From the NCBI RefSeq assembly GCF_008831285.2, contig NC_045138.2:496001-560000 (forward strand): a stretch of 64,000 nucleotides of DNA, read 5' to 3'. Source of the DNA: Nymphaea colorata. Its lineage: Eukaryota. A program made the translations under genes and the position numbers. Below, one piece after another: positions 29,632 to 42,333 of the stretch. A model generated the notes under the pieces. The model did no database searches. It worked only from the letters and a program-made list of their open reading frames with translations, and was not told the origin of the DNA. Within the stretch, counting starts at the first letter, position 1. The number at the start of each line of letters is the position of its first letter.

Positions 29632-31133
29632 TTAAGAGCTCCCAAGATATTGAACACACCATTTTGAATACAAAGAAAGTTTTGTATATTACTTGCCCAC
29701 ATGTAGCTCTGCCACTAGATGCAACACTGGACGAAGGGAACTGGAGATTGAAAAAGACTTTGACTCTCATTAAGACGGTGGGATAAATCTCTCATTCACC
29801 CAAAACAAGAAAAAAAAAAGAGAAAGTTATGATTTTTTTAGCAATGACAATATTTTTAGGTGTTAATATTTTCTCCCAATTAAAAGTTTTATGTTCAACA
29901 TTGTAGCTTGTTCATCAAAAACAGATAAAACCATCTTCATAGGATGTTCACATATTTGGATTTGAATTGATATTTGAACGTGACCGAAGGAACTGTTAAA
30001 CCTTCTGCGATATTAAATCTAATGAATGTTGTATTGTTTTATTCTTGCATCAGAATCCAAATCCAACTTTTAAATATACAACTTTTGGGGTGTTATAAAA
30101 CTTGATCAAAAGTAAAATTTATATCTTAAGCTGGGAGTAAACTTCAATAAAATCAAGTTTGAACCCGAACAAAATTAGATAAGTTAGATCCAGTCAAGTT
30201 AAGAATGGGGGAGACAAGTTATCCAGCCCAAAAACAGACCCATTTGCAACCTGGTAAAGTAAGTTTTTTTTTTATGTGCAACTGTCCATTTTCTTCGATA
30301 GGTGGTCATGAGGTGAAGGATATAAACCACTTGTAGCTTTTAAATACGGTCTCGTTAAATACGTTTGGCCTTTCTAAAATTTCCATCTTTTTTTTAACCT
30401 TAATTTTAAAATTTGTTTCTAAGTACATATATATATATTTTTTCTATATAAGGAATTTCAATAACTCGCAGAAACATGTAGGAAACTTCTCGAACGCATA
30501 CTCATTTGTACAAAGAAACATTGTAAAATCTAATATATATTGAAATTATTTTCTCACTTTTAGACAAATAAGTTAATTAAACAAAGTTTAAGTTGATTTG
30601 GTAGCATTTACAAGTAAACTATACACGATATGTGTTTTTTTTAGAAGATGTTGTGGGACAAGTTAATGGTTACATATTATTTAAATATATAATTTATGCA
30701 TTATTAAATTATCTTCCTTCAGTTTTTTGAAATGACATTAATTTCTTAACGATTTCGGTATGTCCTCAATAAATTTGCAGAATCATTTTGGTCAGTCAAG
30801 CATAAGGTAGATTAAAATATTTTTAGGTAGACTAAAAAATTAATCTCCCAGCAAATGGAAAAAAAGTGACGTGGGGACGTGGGGCCCATGAACAAGCAGA
30901 TCGGATATAAGTTAGTTAGTTGGACCCGATATTATCTTACAAAATTTTATGTGGTTAAAAGAAATCTTTTTATGTTGAGGAAAAGTGAATGCTGAGCAAA
31001 TCTTTTTATGTCGATAAACATTTTTGTTTTTAGGTTTTTGTTTGATACCCTCATATTTCAGATTAAAAATTCCCAAAAATCGAAGTTTGGGGGTGAGGTT
31101 CCTTACCTTTATTGATTAAAAACATTTAGGAAT

Positions 31134-31168
<35 letters not shown>

Positions 31169-32339
31169 GTTCAACATATTTCAGTTTAAAAGTTGATCTC
31201 TCATTCATGTTAGGTGAAATTCACATATTATCTGAGGCTACCAAGCTTAGCCATACTTAGCCACTACTTGATTTTAGCAGATCAGAAATCTCCGAACACG
31301 AGCTGAAGCTGAGCCCACCTTAATCCATATGAACTACTAATGAAATCCGACTCGAGTCGAGTTTGAACTCACACATGAACGGCCCTATTTATAACCCTGT
31401 CCAGCCATTCACTCTGAAGGCCATGTTTGACAGTCAAGTTGTCAATATATCCGATTTGAATCTGATATTCAACCAATTAAATTAAAAAAAATCAATAAGG
31501 AAAAAAATATATATCCGATTCAGAAATCAGCTCGGATTTGGATTGGGATCAGATTTATTTTTAGGCAAATATCCTATGTCTAATGCTGAAAATTGGCAAA
31601 AGTTGGTTCAAAATTCGGATTCAGACTTGAATATAAATATAAAACAAGATTCAGATCAAATTTGATTTGTAAAATCGGATTTCAAATTCAGATTCAGAAA
31701 TGATTTTTTTTTTCCTATTTGAATCCAAGTATGTGAATATCTGAAAAACGGATATGATTAAGTGTATATTCGATTGGAATCTGATCCGTTGGCATCCCTA
31801 TCCCCTGGGCAGCATTTGATTTAAAAATCATTTAAAAAGAATGTGTGCGTTCTGTTCCACACATTCCATGGCAATTGAACAATGTCAAGTGTGCATGAAA
31901 GAAGCCAATTTTTTAACAATTTGGCTATGCGTAGACGGAGCTGAATCGCCACCTCCCCCATTTGTTGGAACCACCTTCAATGATGCCATAAACACTTCTT
32001 GGAAAGCCTTAGAGGACTAACCTTAAGGGGACATTTGACAACCTTGAATTTTGATATTTGGTGGAAATTACAATTCTGGTTTTCCTTTGTATTTGATTGT
32101 CTGGAATTTTGATTTTAGAATTGAAAATTATGTGTTTGATAAAACAAGAATTCAAATTCTAAACAAATTTTGGAATCATAATTTTTCCCATATGATAAAA
32201 TCGTAATTCTGATTTTGATTCAAGAACGAGTGTATAATTCAAGAATGTCCCAGCAGGCAGGGCAACAATCTACTTATGTTGAAATCATTTTTTTTATTTA
32301 TTTTAATATTCAGTTGACAACACAATAGTTATTGCAAAC

Positions 32340-33555
32340 TGATTTCACTGACAGTTGTCTAAACTTTCCCTAACATATTTGGGTATTCCGTTATTTGTTG
32401 GTACTCTCACCCCTGACTTATGTGAGAAGCTTTGTAGAAAGGTGGACCATCCACTTACTTATGTGTGAGAGCATTTAGAGTTCTACTTATTGTACTGAAC
32501 TTTGTAGAGAAGAAATTTTGTCATTTTATTTGGGGGGGATTCTGATCATATTAGGAAACCCCACTTACTAGTTGGAAGTCTACTTGCTCCGATACAAGAA
32601 GGTGGCCTTGGGCTTCTTGAAGTCTCCAACTCCTTATGGATTCTTTCGGTCTGACGCAATACTTGAATGGGAGCTTGTGAACACTGTAAAGTAAAGCTCA
32701 TTTCTCTTGGATATGGAAAAGCTGCCTTTTGGGGATGAGAATAGGTTTATTACTCAACATAGTGGTGTTTGGGTAACAGTAGGAAGGTGAAAATTTGGTG
32801 TGAGGATTGGGGTACTCATAATTTCATTAACCAGAGATGAAATGGATATGAAATAAACAACAGAAGACCCCTAGATCCAGGGGCGAAGCCAGCAATTTTT
32901 TCTTAGGAAGGGTAGAATAGTATTTGCAAAAAATATACAAGTACCGAACAATATTTTTCAAAATTTTTACATGGCCCAAATTAATAATTTAAAAAAAAAA
33001 TAAGTATCATACTCTTTTCCAAAATATGAGGGGGAGGGGCCATGGCTCCGGCCCCTCCCCCCCCTTTCTGCCCCAGCTTAGATCCTTACAATAAGATAAT
33101 TTGGCAAAAACGCTCTATTTCTATAGTGAACTGATGTTTTAATTTTGCTTTAAAATGTAAGCTTTTTACTCATGAAAGACTCTAGAGATTTTGAATCATC
33201 CTTCTAAGCAGGTGTTACTTGTGCCTATCTGAGGAAGAAAATATAAATTATCTTTTTATTACATGGGTTAAGGTTAAGTGTGTATGGAGATTTGTGACGA
33301 AACTTTTTAACACCAAATTAGAAGTGCAAAACCATATTCAAGAAATTATCCCATGGTGGTTCAAATGGTCTTTCAAATAAATGGGTTACAATCTGCTGTG
33401 TTTTATGCTTACATGCACTCTTTGAATCAGAGTGGTCTCCAATGGAGGGTCTGCAATGATTTAAAGGACATAATGGCTGGTATGAAGTGGAAACATCAAG
33501 CGGTGATCTTTCCACCTTACTATATGGTTATGCGGTCCATCTGTATGTGGTGAAA
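32340..33555 (+). mobile_element. Highly degenerate L1-type LINE 3' fragment
   Basis: Remnant motifs occur in the expected order: FP.TYLGIPLFVG (~32364), FIWGG, EGGLGL (~32598), WCLGNSRKVKIWCEDW (~32763) and zf-RVT-like CYLCLSEEENINYLF (~33212). There are many stops and frameshifts. Confidence 0.7.
32878..33076. mobile_element. hAT-like MITE (CAGGGGCGGAGCC family) inserted in the LINE remnant
   Basis: Termini are CAGGGGCGAAGCCAG ... TTCTGCCCCAG. The 8-bp flanks are CCTAGATC / CTTAGATC. Confidence 0.7.
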
Positions 33556-35184
33556 TGTGTGCAGAAAATGGCTTTTTGTAGCTGATGTATTTGTTGTTGA
33601 CAATCAATTGCAATGGCGATGTAATCTTAACATGCTTAACTCCTTTATGGCCTAACTTGTTTTTTAAAACTTGTTTAGGTCAACTCGTTTTACTGAAACT
33701 ACACCAAAGCAAAACTTGCACCATTAGTACAGTATAACCACTTGTAGCTTTTAAATGCACTCACCTTAAATATTTCTATCAACGTGTACAAGTACTTTTA
33801 TAAACAAAGAAAACACTTCTTGACCCTTTTTCCTTTTCTTTTTACCCTAATTTTGAAATTCGTTCCTGAGGACATACATTTCCTTTTTTCATATATACAG
33901 TTATGTTGCTTGTGCCATTAGTACAGTATAATACTTGTACATCCCTTCTCCTCTGAATTAAAACGATAAGCACTTCTAGCTTTTAAATGCGCTCGCCTTA
34001 AATACTTTTGGCATTTCTAAAATTTTATCAACAAGTACTTTTATAGAAGAAGAAAAAAACACTTCTTAACCTTTTTTCCTTTTCTTTTTACCTGAATTTT
34101 GAAATTCATTCGTGAGGACAAACATTTCCTTTTTTCTTATATAACGAATTTGAACAACTCACAGGAATACAAAGGAAACTTCTCTAACACAAGCTCATTT
34201 GGACAAGGACATGTTGAAAAATATAATGTATAATCAAACTATTTCCTCTATCTTAAACAAATAAATAAATTAAACAAAGTTTAGGATGACTTAAGTCAAC
34301 TGCAAGTGTTCATGTGTTTTTTTAATAAAATGTTGTTGGTCAAGTTAATTAACGGTTATATATTACGTAAATCACATTAATTTCTTAATTATTTCCATGT
34401 GACTTCAAATAATTTTATAGAAGCATTTTGGTCAGTCAACCATAAATCAGATTAAAAAATTTTTGTGCAGAATAAAAAAAACCTAACCTCCCAAGAAAAT
34501 GGCAATAATGTAATACGTCCGTAGTGTTAAGGGTAATTTACTTTATGTGGAATCCGTTACACATGGCAAAAGAACGCCCTCGTTGCCTTCATGCTGAGTT
34601 GCGGTGGGACCCACCTCACTAGTAGGTGATGCAGTGCAAAAGTTCACATGAGGACCATGCACAAACAGACCGGATCCTCGTCAATTAATTGGACCCGATA
34701 TTATCTTACAAAATTTTATGTGGTTATAGGACATATGTGATTGTAGAAAAAGTGAGGAACATCTAAATTCTAAGACAGAAGTGAATGTTGAGCAAATCCT
34801 TTTTATGTTAATAAACATTTTTGTTTTTAGGTTTTGTTTGATACCCTCAGATCTCATATTAAAAATTCCAAAAAATAGTAGTTTGGATATGGATTTAAGA
34901 AATGACATCCATTCGTATTTGGATTCAGATATACATTAAATATTGGATCGGATTCGGATTTGAACATAAATATAAAAAGCTGGATTTGGATTGCAAAGTC
35001 AGATTTCAGATTCAGACATGGATATAATTTTTTTGTTTCGTATTTAAATCAGAATGCGTGAATATTTGGAAAAACAGATATGATTAAGGGTATATCCGAC
35101 TGAAATCTGACCCGTTGACATCCCTATCCGGTGGGCAGGGTTTGATTTGAAAATCATTTTTAAAACAGAATGCATGGTTCTCTT

Positions 35185-35264
35185 AAGCAGATTCCATGGC
35201 AATCAAATGATCTCTCAGAGTGCAAGCAGATTCCATGGCAATCAAATGATCTCTCAGAGTGCAA
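35185..35264 (+). repeat. Perfect 39-bp tandem duplication
   Basis: aagcagattccatggcaatcaaatgatctctcagagtgc occurs twice. Confidence 0.9.
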
Positions 35265-35831
35265 CCTTGTGAAGAGTGCATGCAAAAAGCCAATTGTTTA
35301 ACTTTTTGGCCCTGTTTAGAAGGAACTGAATAGCCACCTCCAACTTTTCATGGAACCACCTTCAATAATGCCATAAACACTTCTAGAAAGCCATAGAGGA
35401 CTAAGTTTAAGGGGGTGTATGACGACCTTGTGTTTTGATATTAAAATTAAAGTTATAGAAACAAAATTTCACCTTCAACTAGAATTCAATTCTAGTTTCC
35501 CTTTGATAGTCTGGAATTTTGATTTTCAAAATGAAAATTATGTGTTTGATAGAGCAAGAACTAAAATTCTGGAATTGGTGCCTGAATTTTTTGTTCAAGC
35601 GATGCCAAAAAGCTTCATATGGACATGTTGGTGTAATTTCTTAGAAACTTACACAATGCAAACGATTTAAAATTTTAATACTTCAATATATCCCCCAGAA
35701 TTAAAGGGAAATTCTAAAATGCCTGAGCTATAAATGATTGTGAAGGAATGTATATAGTGCTGGCTAGTGCATCTTCTCAAGAGTTAAGAATACAAGCCCA
35801 CTTACTTAGAGATTTTAATATTTGCCAATAT

Positions 35832-35877
35832 TAGCCTTAGGTGGAGGGCTTAGGTGGAACTCTCTCTCTCTCTCTCC

Positions 35878-35973
<96 letters not shown>

Positions 35974-35995
35974 CCTTAGGTGGAGGGCTTAGGTG

Positions 35996-36041
<46 letters not shown>

Positions 36042-36056
36042 GATATATATATATAT
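35832..36056 (+). repeat. Duplicated unit tagccttaggtggagggcttaggtggaac-(CT)n-(TA)n
   Basis: An identical 29-mer starts at 35832 and 35971, each followed by CT then TA microsatellites of different lengths. Confidence 0.85.
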
Positions 36057-36332
36057 ACTCTAAGACTGTCTATTCTATCATGATATGAGAGTCAAGAAAA
36101 TGAAGGAAGAAAAATATTATGTGGATACATAAAAATTAAATGGTGGTTGGATGGGCTAAGAACTAATAGACCAAATGTGTGGTGGGTGAAAGAGAAAATG
36201 GAAAACATGGCATAAAAATTCTACAAGTCCTAAATCAAGCAAGGGAGGGAAAGAAAAGAGCCAACAAAAAACAAAAAAGATTCATATTTAATAAAAAAAA
36301 ATAGTTTCAATCTGTCACCGATTTTTTACACA

Positions 36333-37454
36333 CTAAAACATTTCAGTAATTGTAAACCTTTCTCCAAGATGGTCTCTGAGCTCCTGCGGCAGATGGAGTG
36401 CTGGAAATGAGTCAATTCTCAACGATTGAAGCTTGGAGAGGCAGGTGATCTGTTCGTTTGCATCCATGGGACATGTTGTTGCTACTGAATAATTTTCATT
36501 TTGTTGGGGAGTAATATGATTGACGTCCACCAAAGGCTTGAGATTGGGTAACTCAGAAAGCCTCAGCTCTCTCAGTTTGGGGAGGCATTGCCAGTGGCCT
36601 CCCAAGCTGATGTCTTCATAGGAAGAATATAGGCTCAATTCCTCCAGTTGGGAGAGACCCCATACCCACTCAGGCACCTTTCCCCATTTGAGCTCATCAA
36701 CATTTGTGTTGTCTCCCAATTCCAGAGTCTTGAGGGAGGGTAGAAATGTCGATACCTGTGATGGCAATGGTGATCACAGTAGTACTGCTGATTCTGAATC
36801 GAACCCCAACTCAATGAGGTTAGGCAGTTGCTCAAGCAATTTTCATGCCAATCTTGCACTTGGGCACTTCCACACCGACAGCTTTTGGACCCGAGTCGCT
36901 TGACATTCAAGCAAGCCTTCTGTCTGCATCTTTCGACAATTCATAAAATTCGCCTCTCTTAACCTTGGCATAGAAGTCAATGTTGTTTCGCCTGATCCAC
37001 CTGCTCGCCACCCCTCCCAGTTGGGCAAATATTCCACCAACAACTCCTCAAGTAAAGGAATGTTAACAAGAGCCTTCAGGCTAATAGGTCGGCATACAAT
37101 TAACGACTTGAGAGCAGGCATGTCATGAGGTAATTGCTCTTGGCTATCACAAAATTCTACCTTCAATGACTCCAAGGCAGGCATGTAATGAGGTAATTGC
37201 TCTAGGCTGTCACAAAATTCTACCCACAAAGACTCCAAGGCAGGCATGTCAGCTAGAGTCTTCAGCCTATCACATCTCCGCACCATCAATGACTTGAGAG
37301 CAGGCATGTCATGTGAATGCTCTAGGCCATTACAATAACTCACCTCCAACGACTCCAAGGCAGGCATGTTAACAAGAGCCTTTAGGCTATCACATGCCCA
37401 CACCATCAATGACTTGAGAGCAGGCATGTGATGAGGCAATTGCTCTAGGCTGAA
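36333..37454 (-). pseudogene. NLR disease-resistance protein LRR C-terminal fragment
   Basis: Repeats of type MPALESLxVxxCxxLxxL, then NWEGW..MPRLRE, LPSLKTLEL, VPEWVWGLSQLEELSL..LPKLRELRLSELPNL..LSKLQSLRI. ORFs 36843-37595 and 36333-36767 are in the same frame, separated by TGA at 36845-36843 and 36776-36774. The 5' end is replaced by Harbinger sequence at 37455, and no NB-ARC is seen in the window. Confidence 0.85.
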
Positions 37455-38537
37455 GACTTTTTCCCTCTCTTTTATCTTTCTTCCTTTTCTGCATTTTGCA
37501 AAAAAGACTTCACAAGAAACTTGTGTTTTCTTGAAACTTGACGACAAATCAGCTTTATTGGAGAAGAATTTCACCATTGGCATTCCAAACAACAAATCAA
37601 TTATGTGAAGGATAGAGAAAGAACAAAAAAGATATCAAATTTGTAAAGCTTTTGCCCAGCAAGAAGGCACACACACCAGCAAGACACAATTTTCCTTTTA
37701 CATATCAAATTTGTAAAGCTTTTGTCAGCTACTCACGACTTTCCTTTGCTATCTGTTTAACTCGTGCTATTTATATGAACATGATATTTACTACTGCAAA
37801 GCCCCAAATTGGAACTCCAAAATCAGCAAGGGTAAGTGCATGCACATCGATTACTTCCAAAACCCCCAAATCGGAACTCCAAAATGAAAATCCCCAAATC
37901 CACAATGAAGAAGAGCAAATCAAACGCCCAAATCAGAAGAAGAACAAAAGAAGAGAGAGGAGCAGACTACACTCTCTCAGTTTTACAAACGAATCCTTTT
38001 ACTGTCTGTTGCTTTCTGTGCGACGGAAGACTTAAAACAAACAAACCGATAAGTAAATTCCAGAATTCAGTTTCACATACTCAACCACAGGCAATGAACA
38101 GAAATACAATCATCTGGGTCTGATTTTTCCATCCCTCCATTACACAATATAGCAAAAAATAAAATTGAAATCTGAACTAGATAAACTAAAGGTATAAGAG
38201 ATGGCTACAGAAATCAATCAGCAGAAGCAATGTGAAACGAAGGAATTCAAAGACTATGATGAATGAGAAAAATTAAACAACTATAGAGGAATGCCCTAAT
38301 CGGTGGTTCAGAAGTTTGCCCTGACGCGAGAGAGAGGGGAATTTACCTCGCAGATCTCCCTACTGCTCAGCCCTGGCAATGAAGGAAGGTTAGAGAGATG
38401 GCTGGCTTGCTCGATCGTGGCGGAGATCAAAGGCTGCAGAACGGTGGTGAAGGCATCAACAAGAGGGAAAGGGAGAAAGCGAAGGCATCAGCAAGAGCAA
38501 GAGAGAAAATCAGAAGCGAACCGGCGGAAAAGCAGAT

Positions 38538-39342
38538 CAGCGACGGCGAGAGCGGCGACGGCTCTGGTGCGATGGTGAGAAGGCAGGAATGCGAGGGAGG
38601 AGAAGCTGCAGAGGGAGGAGGTTTGGGGTGAAATGAGGTAAAATGAAGGCAACATCTAGCGGATGAAATTTCACCCTATTTGAAACGTTTTTAATCGGGA
38701 GGGTGAAATTTCACCCGCCGTACATATTTCAACCGCTTCCAGGTTTTTCACCAGACAATCAAACGGGCCCTTATGGAGGAAGTGTCTTGTATTTATTCCA
38801 ATAATTGTATTTTAGTTATTTCTAAATCATAACATAGGATCTCATTAGGGTCATAACATATAACCAAACTAACTTTTTAAAAGTACAAATATATAATAAA
38901 AATAAAAATATCTAAAGATAGAAAGAGTGCAAAGTATACAGCGACGGCGAGAGCGGCGACGGCTCTGGTGCGATGGTGAGAAGGCAGGAATGCGAGGGAG
39001 GAGAAGCTGCAGAGGGAGGAGGTTTGGGGTGAAATGAGGTAAAATGAAGGCAACATCTAGCGGATGAAATTTCACCCTATTTGAAACGTTTTTAATCGGG
39101 AGGGTGAAATTTCACCCACCGTACATATTTCAACCGCTTCTAGGTTTTTCACCCGACAATCAAACGGGCCCTTATAGAGGAAGTGTCTTGTATTTATTCC
39201 AATAATTGTATTTTAGTTATTTTTAAATCATAACATAGGATCTCATTAGGGTCATAACATATAACCAAACTAACTTTTTAAAATTACAAATATATAATAA
39301 AAATAAAAATATCTAAAGATAGAAAGAGTGCAAAGTATACAG
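38538..39342 (+). repeat. 401-bp tandem duplication spanning the Harbinger TIR and its flank
   Basis: 38538-38941 is nearly identical to 38939-39342, with CAG shared at the junction. Confidence 0.93.
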
Positions 39343-39555
39343 AACCCATGTTGAGGTGCCTTACTCATTGTCAGTGTTTATGTTCTTTTTTTTTCTCTTA
39401 TGATGTGTTTGTTTCACATAGTATCGGTGATCTGAGATTCATGGATTTAAAGTCGCACTCTCCCTTCATCTAATCATGAATTCATGGTTTTTAACATGTA
39501 GCGTCGATTTTAGATCCACATTAATGAGATCCTCCGAACCTTTTATATCCCTTAT

Positions 39556-41896
39556 TGTTTGCATCCTCAAAAATTTGGTATTTGTAATGCTTTAGAAAAA
39601 TAAGGTTTTGTTCTGAAATAGGGAAGAATGGGACTTACCCGTCAGTACGAGAATCGACCAATCCCGGTGCCTTTACTGGGGGTAATCAATCCAAGGGTTA
39701 TGTCTATTATTGATGCATTTCATTTTGGCTTAAACATCTTTTCATTCTATATCCGGTGTAGAAAATATTGAAAGTTTGATATTTCAAACTTTAGAAAAGA
39801 CTCTTGAAGAGTTGCTTGAAAATATGAAATGTTTTGAGAAAAAAGTGGAATTAGGAAATATCATTTGAAAAGCTTGTGAAATCACTTTAGTGTTCTCTTA
39901 AGACTTTAAGTTTGAGATTTTGCTTTAATTCGGTTACCACCTAATTAGAACTCCATCTCATCTTGCTTAAGTTCTTTTGGAGACGTGCTTGTGATCATGA
40001 GTGGAATAAAGTGGGTGAGAATGCATGGATGCATTTATCCTATATCATTGAAAGAATGTAAAATATTCCTACCATAACATTCATCTAAAGTCATATTTAC
40101 CTCAACATACATATAATTTTTTTTTGTTATAATTATTGTATATAAGAAGAAAAAGTTTTTGAAAAGAGATAGGGATTGTAGACCATCAAGCATGATTCCA
40201 ATATTAGGTCATTAATTGGATTGTGGTCTTAATGAAGTTGGTAAATAGAAAGCTCGTGAGATGAGAGTGTTAAAAGAATACAAGAGATAAAACACTCTTA
40301 TGAAAAGAAAAAGAGAGAGATAGAGAAAGACATGCATATATGTGTACATACCATCACATATACACATATATGAAAGCTTAAGAAAAAAAGATGTATTAAT
40401 TTGAAGAGAAAAAGAAAGGTTTTAGAGGAAAAGAAAAATATACATATGTATATATGGGTATGTATAAGAAATTTCGTAAGTGGAGATATTTGTTCATGCA
40501 TATATGAAAATTTGTAAAATGAAAAGTGAAAGCATAGAGAGAGAAAGATGGGGGGATCATCATAAGTGCATGGATGTATATAATATGTATATACATACAT
40601 GCATTCACAAGATTAGAAATCAAGGAATAACTTAAGATTACCAACTTCAAGTTTAATGTGGTCAGGAGGGGAGCTTGGAGTCAAGCAAGAGTCTAAGCTA
40701 AGACCCTAAGGCCGTACTATAAGGCTAATTTTAAAAATGTTTTGTAAACTATGATTTATGTATAAACATAAAATGTTATTACTTAGTTGTTACAAGGAAT
40801 ATATTTGTTTCATCGTTGGGTATGGAAGAAAGCAATCAATATAACGAGGCACTCAATAGGGTTCTTAATGGAGTGACTAAGAAGGAAACTTATACACAAT
40901 GACATGAGAATGCATTTTTAACATGTACATATTCGTGAATGTTTTCTTGGGTTGAACAAGTCCCAACCTCAAAAATTAATATGAAGATAAAAATGAACAA
41001 CCCCAAGTCACACTCTCATTCTCATCTTACATTCACATAATAAACGGAAAACCAAACCACTATTCATGGGTGATACATAAACAATATTCAAGGAAGGAAA
41101 GAAAGAGAGAGAAAGGGAGAGAAAGAGAGAAAGAGAGAGATTCAACTAGAAAGGAGGGCATGATATAATTATGAAATGAAGGATCATCTCATCTTTTCAT
41201 GCTCACAGTGCACTTGAGCATAGCCTCTTGCCTCTAAGAAAAGATTAAGTGCTATCTCTTTTGGCTATAGAGAGATAAAGATGAGAAGAAAATAAAGAAA
41301 GGAAGACAAAGCTACATTCAATAAGAGAGAAAACATATTTCAATCATGAAATGAAAGATCTTCTCATCTTTTCATGCATCTGGTGCACTTGAGCATAGCC
41401 TCTTGTCTCTAAAAAGAGGTTGAGTGTCTTTGGCTATGGAGAGATGAAGATGAGAGGAGAAAATGAAAACAACAACAAGATATATTCAAGAAAAAGAAAT
41501 AACAAGAACATATTAATGCAGAGAGAGAATAACAACAACAAAAATATTTGAAAGAGCATGATTTAATCATAAAATAAAATATCTTCTCATCTTCTCATGG
41601 TTTAGGGTCTTGTCCACCAAAAAGACTAAAATCACCATCTAAGAGGATATCTTTTGTCAAAAAGAGGGGCAAAAAGGTCTTATCCATCAAAAAGACCAAA
41701 ATTACCCTCTAAAAGAAGGTTCTTTGTCAAAAAGAGGGGCAAATGGGTCTTAAATACTTGATTTGGATTTGGGCTTGGGTTTTTAGATCTAATTTGGATT
41801 TGGACTGTGGCTTTGGACCAATTTAAATCCAAAAATTGAGTTTTGTGTTTTTAATGAAAGAGCGCATTCTTTTTTGAAAAATTTGAGGTGATTATA
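39556..41896 (-). repeat. 3' LTR (2341 bp, internally deleted)
   Basis: Colinear with 50949-54155 (e.g. ggggtaatcaatccaagggttatgtctattattgatgc and aaagagcgcattcttttttgaaaaatttgaggtgatta). It lacks the block that contains the TATA box. Confidence 0.92.
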
Positions 41897-41994
41897 GTTG
41901 TCCCTCTTTGTTACTGAGCTGGTGCTAACCGTGCTTAGTGACAAAGATAAGCATCATAAATTTTTCAAACAAAACATTTTTTGAGAGATATTTC

Positions 41995-42195
41995 AGGCTT
42001 AACCCCTTACCTAGATGGGTTGTTTGAGCTTATATTGCAGGTTTAACCCCTTGCCTGCATGGGTTTGCCAATATTGAATTTAGGTTTAACCCCCCTGAAA
42101 TGAGCTGCCTTGACTTGCATTGCAGGTTTGACCCCTTACCTGTGTGGGTTGCTCTCACGTGAAAGGTTTTTCCCTTTACCTGCATGGGTCCCCCT
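41995..42195. repeat. Short tandem repeats in the retroelement 3' UTR
   Basis: About 5 copies of agg.tt.acccctt.cct...tgggt with ~43-46 bp spacing. Confidence 0.75.
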
Positions 42196-42333
42196 TGAAT
42201 AATAAAAAAAAAATGCCCCAGTGTAATCGTCATGTTTCACAACTGGGAATAATATAGATTGAATGGTAGAATGGTAGATCGAATGTGAAAAGCATAAATA
42301 TTCGTCATTGATTGAAAGGTGAATACAAAAGGA

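Larger units (their letters stand above)
30326..35572 (+). repeat. Diverged ~1.8-kb direct duplication (~30326-32161 and ~33677/33969-35572)
   Basis: Colinear shared blocks: aaccacttgtagcttttaaat, cattttggtcagtcaa (30784/34424), ttggacccgatattatcttacaaaattttatgtggtta (30920/34689), ccgttg.catccctatcc, ggaaccaccttcaat.atgccataaacacttct and tctggaattttgatttt. Confidence 0.85.
24893..38770 (-). mobile_element. Rearranged PIF/Harbinger element: two matching TIR ends enclosing ~13.9 kb
   Basis: Left end is TTA|GGGCCTGTTTGATTGTCAGGTGAAA (24893). Right end is TTTCACCAGACAATCAAACGGGCCC|TTA (38770), repeated at 39171. TTA is the PIF/Harbinger target. Inside are a transposase remnant and a ~250-bp segment present as an inverted pair (25602-25850 / 37455-37703). 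Confidence 0.7.

Noticed and set aside
38303..38631. ORFs in the GC-rich Harbinger subterminal region as the Myb/SANT partner gene
   Set aside because: They have no Trp-spaced Myb/SANT motif, and their composition reflects a low-complexity leader.
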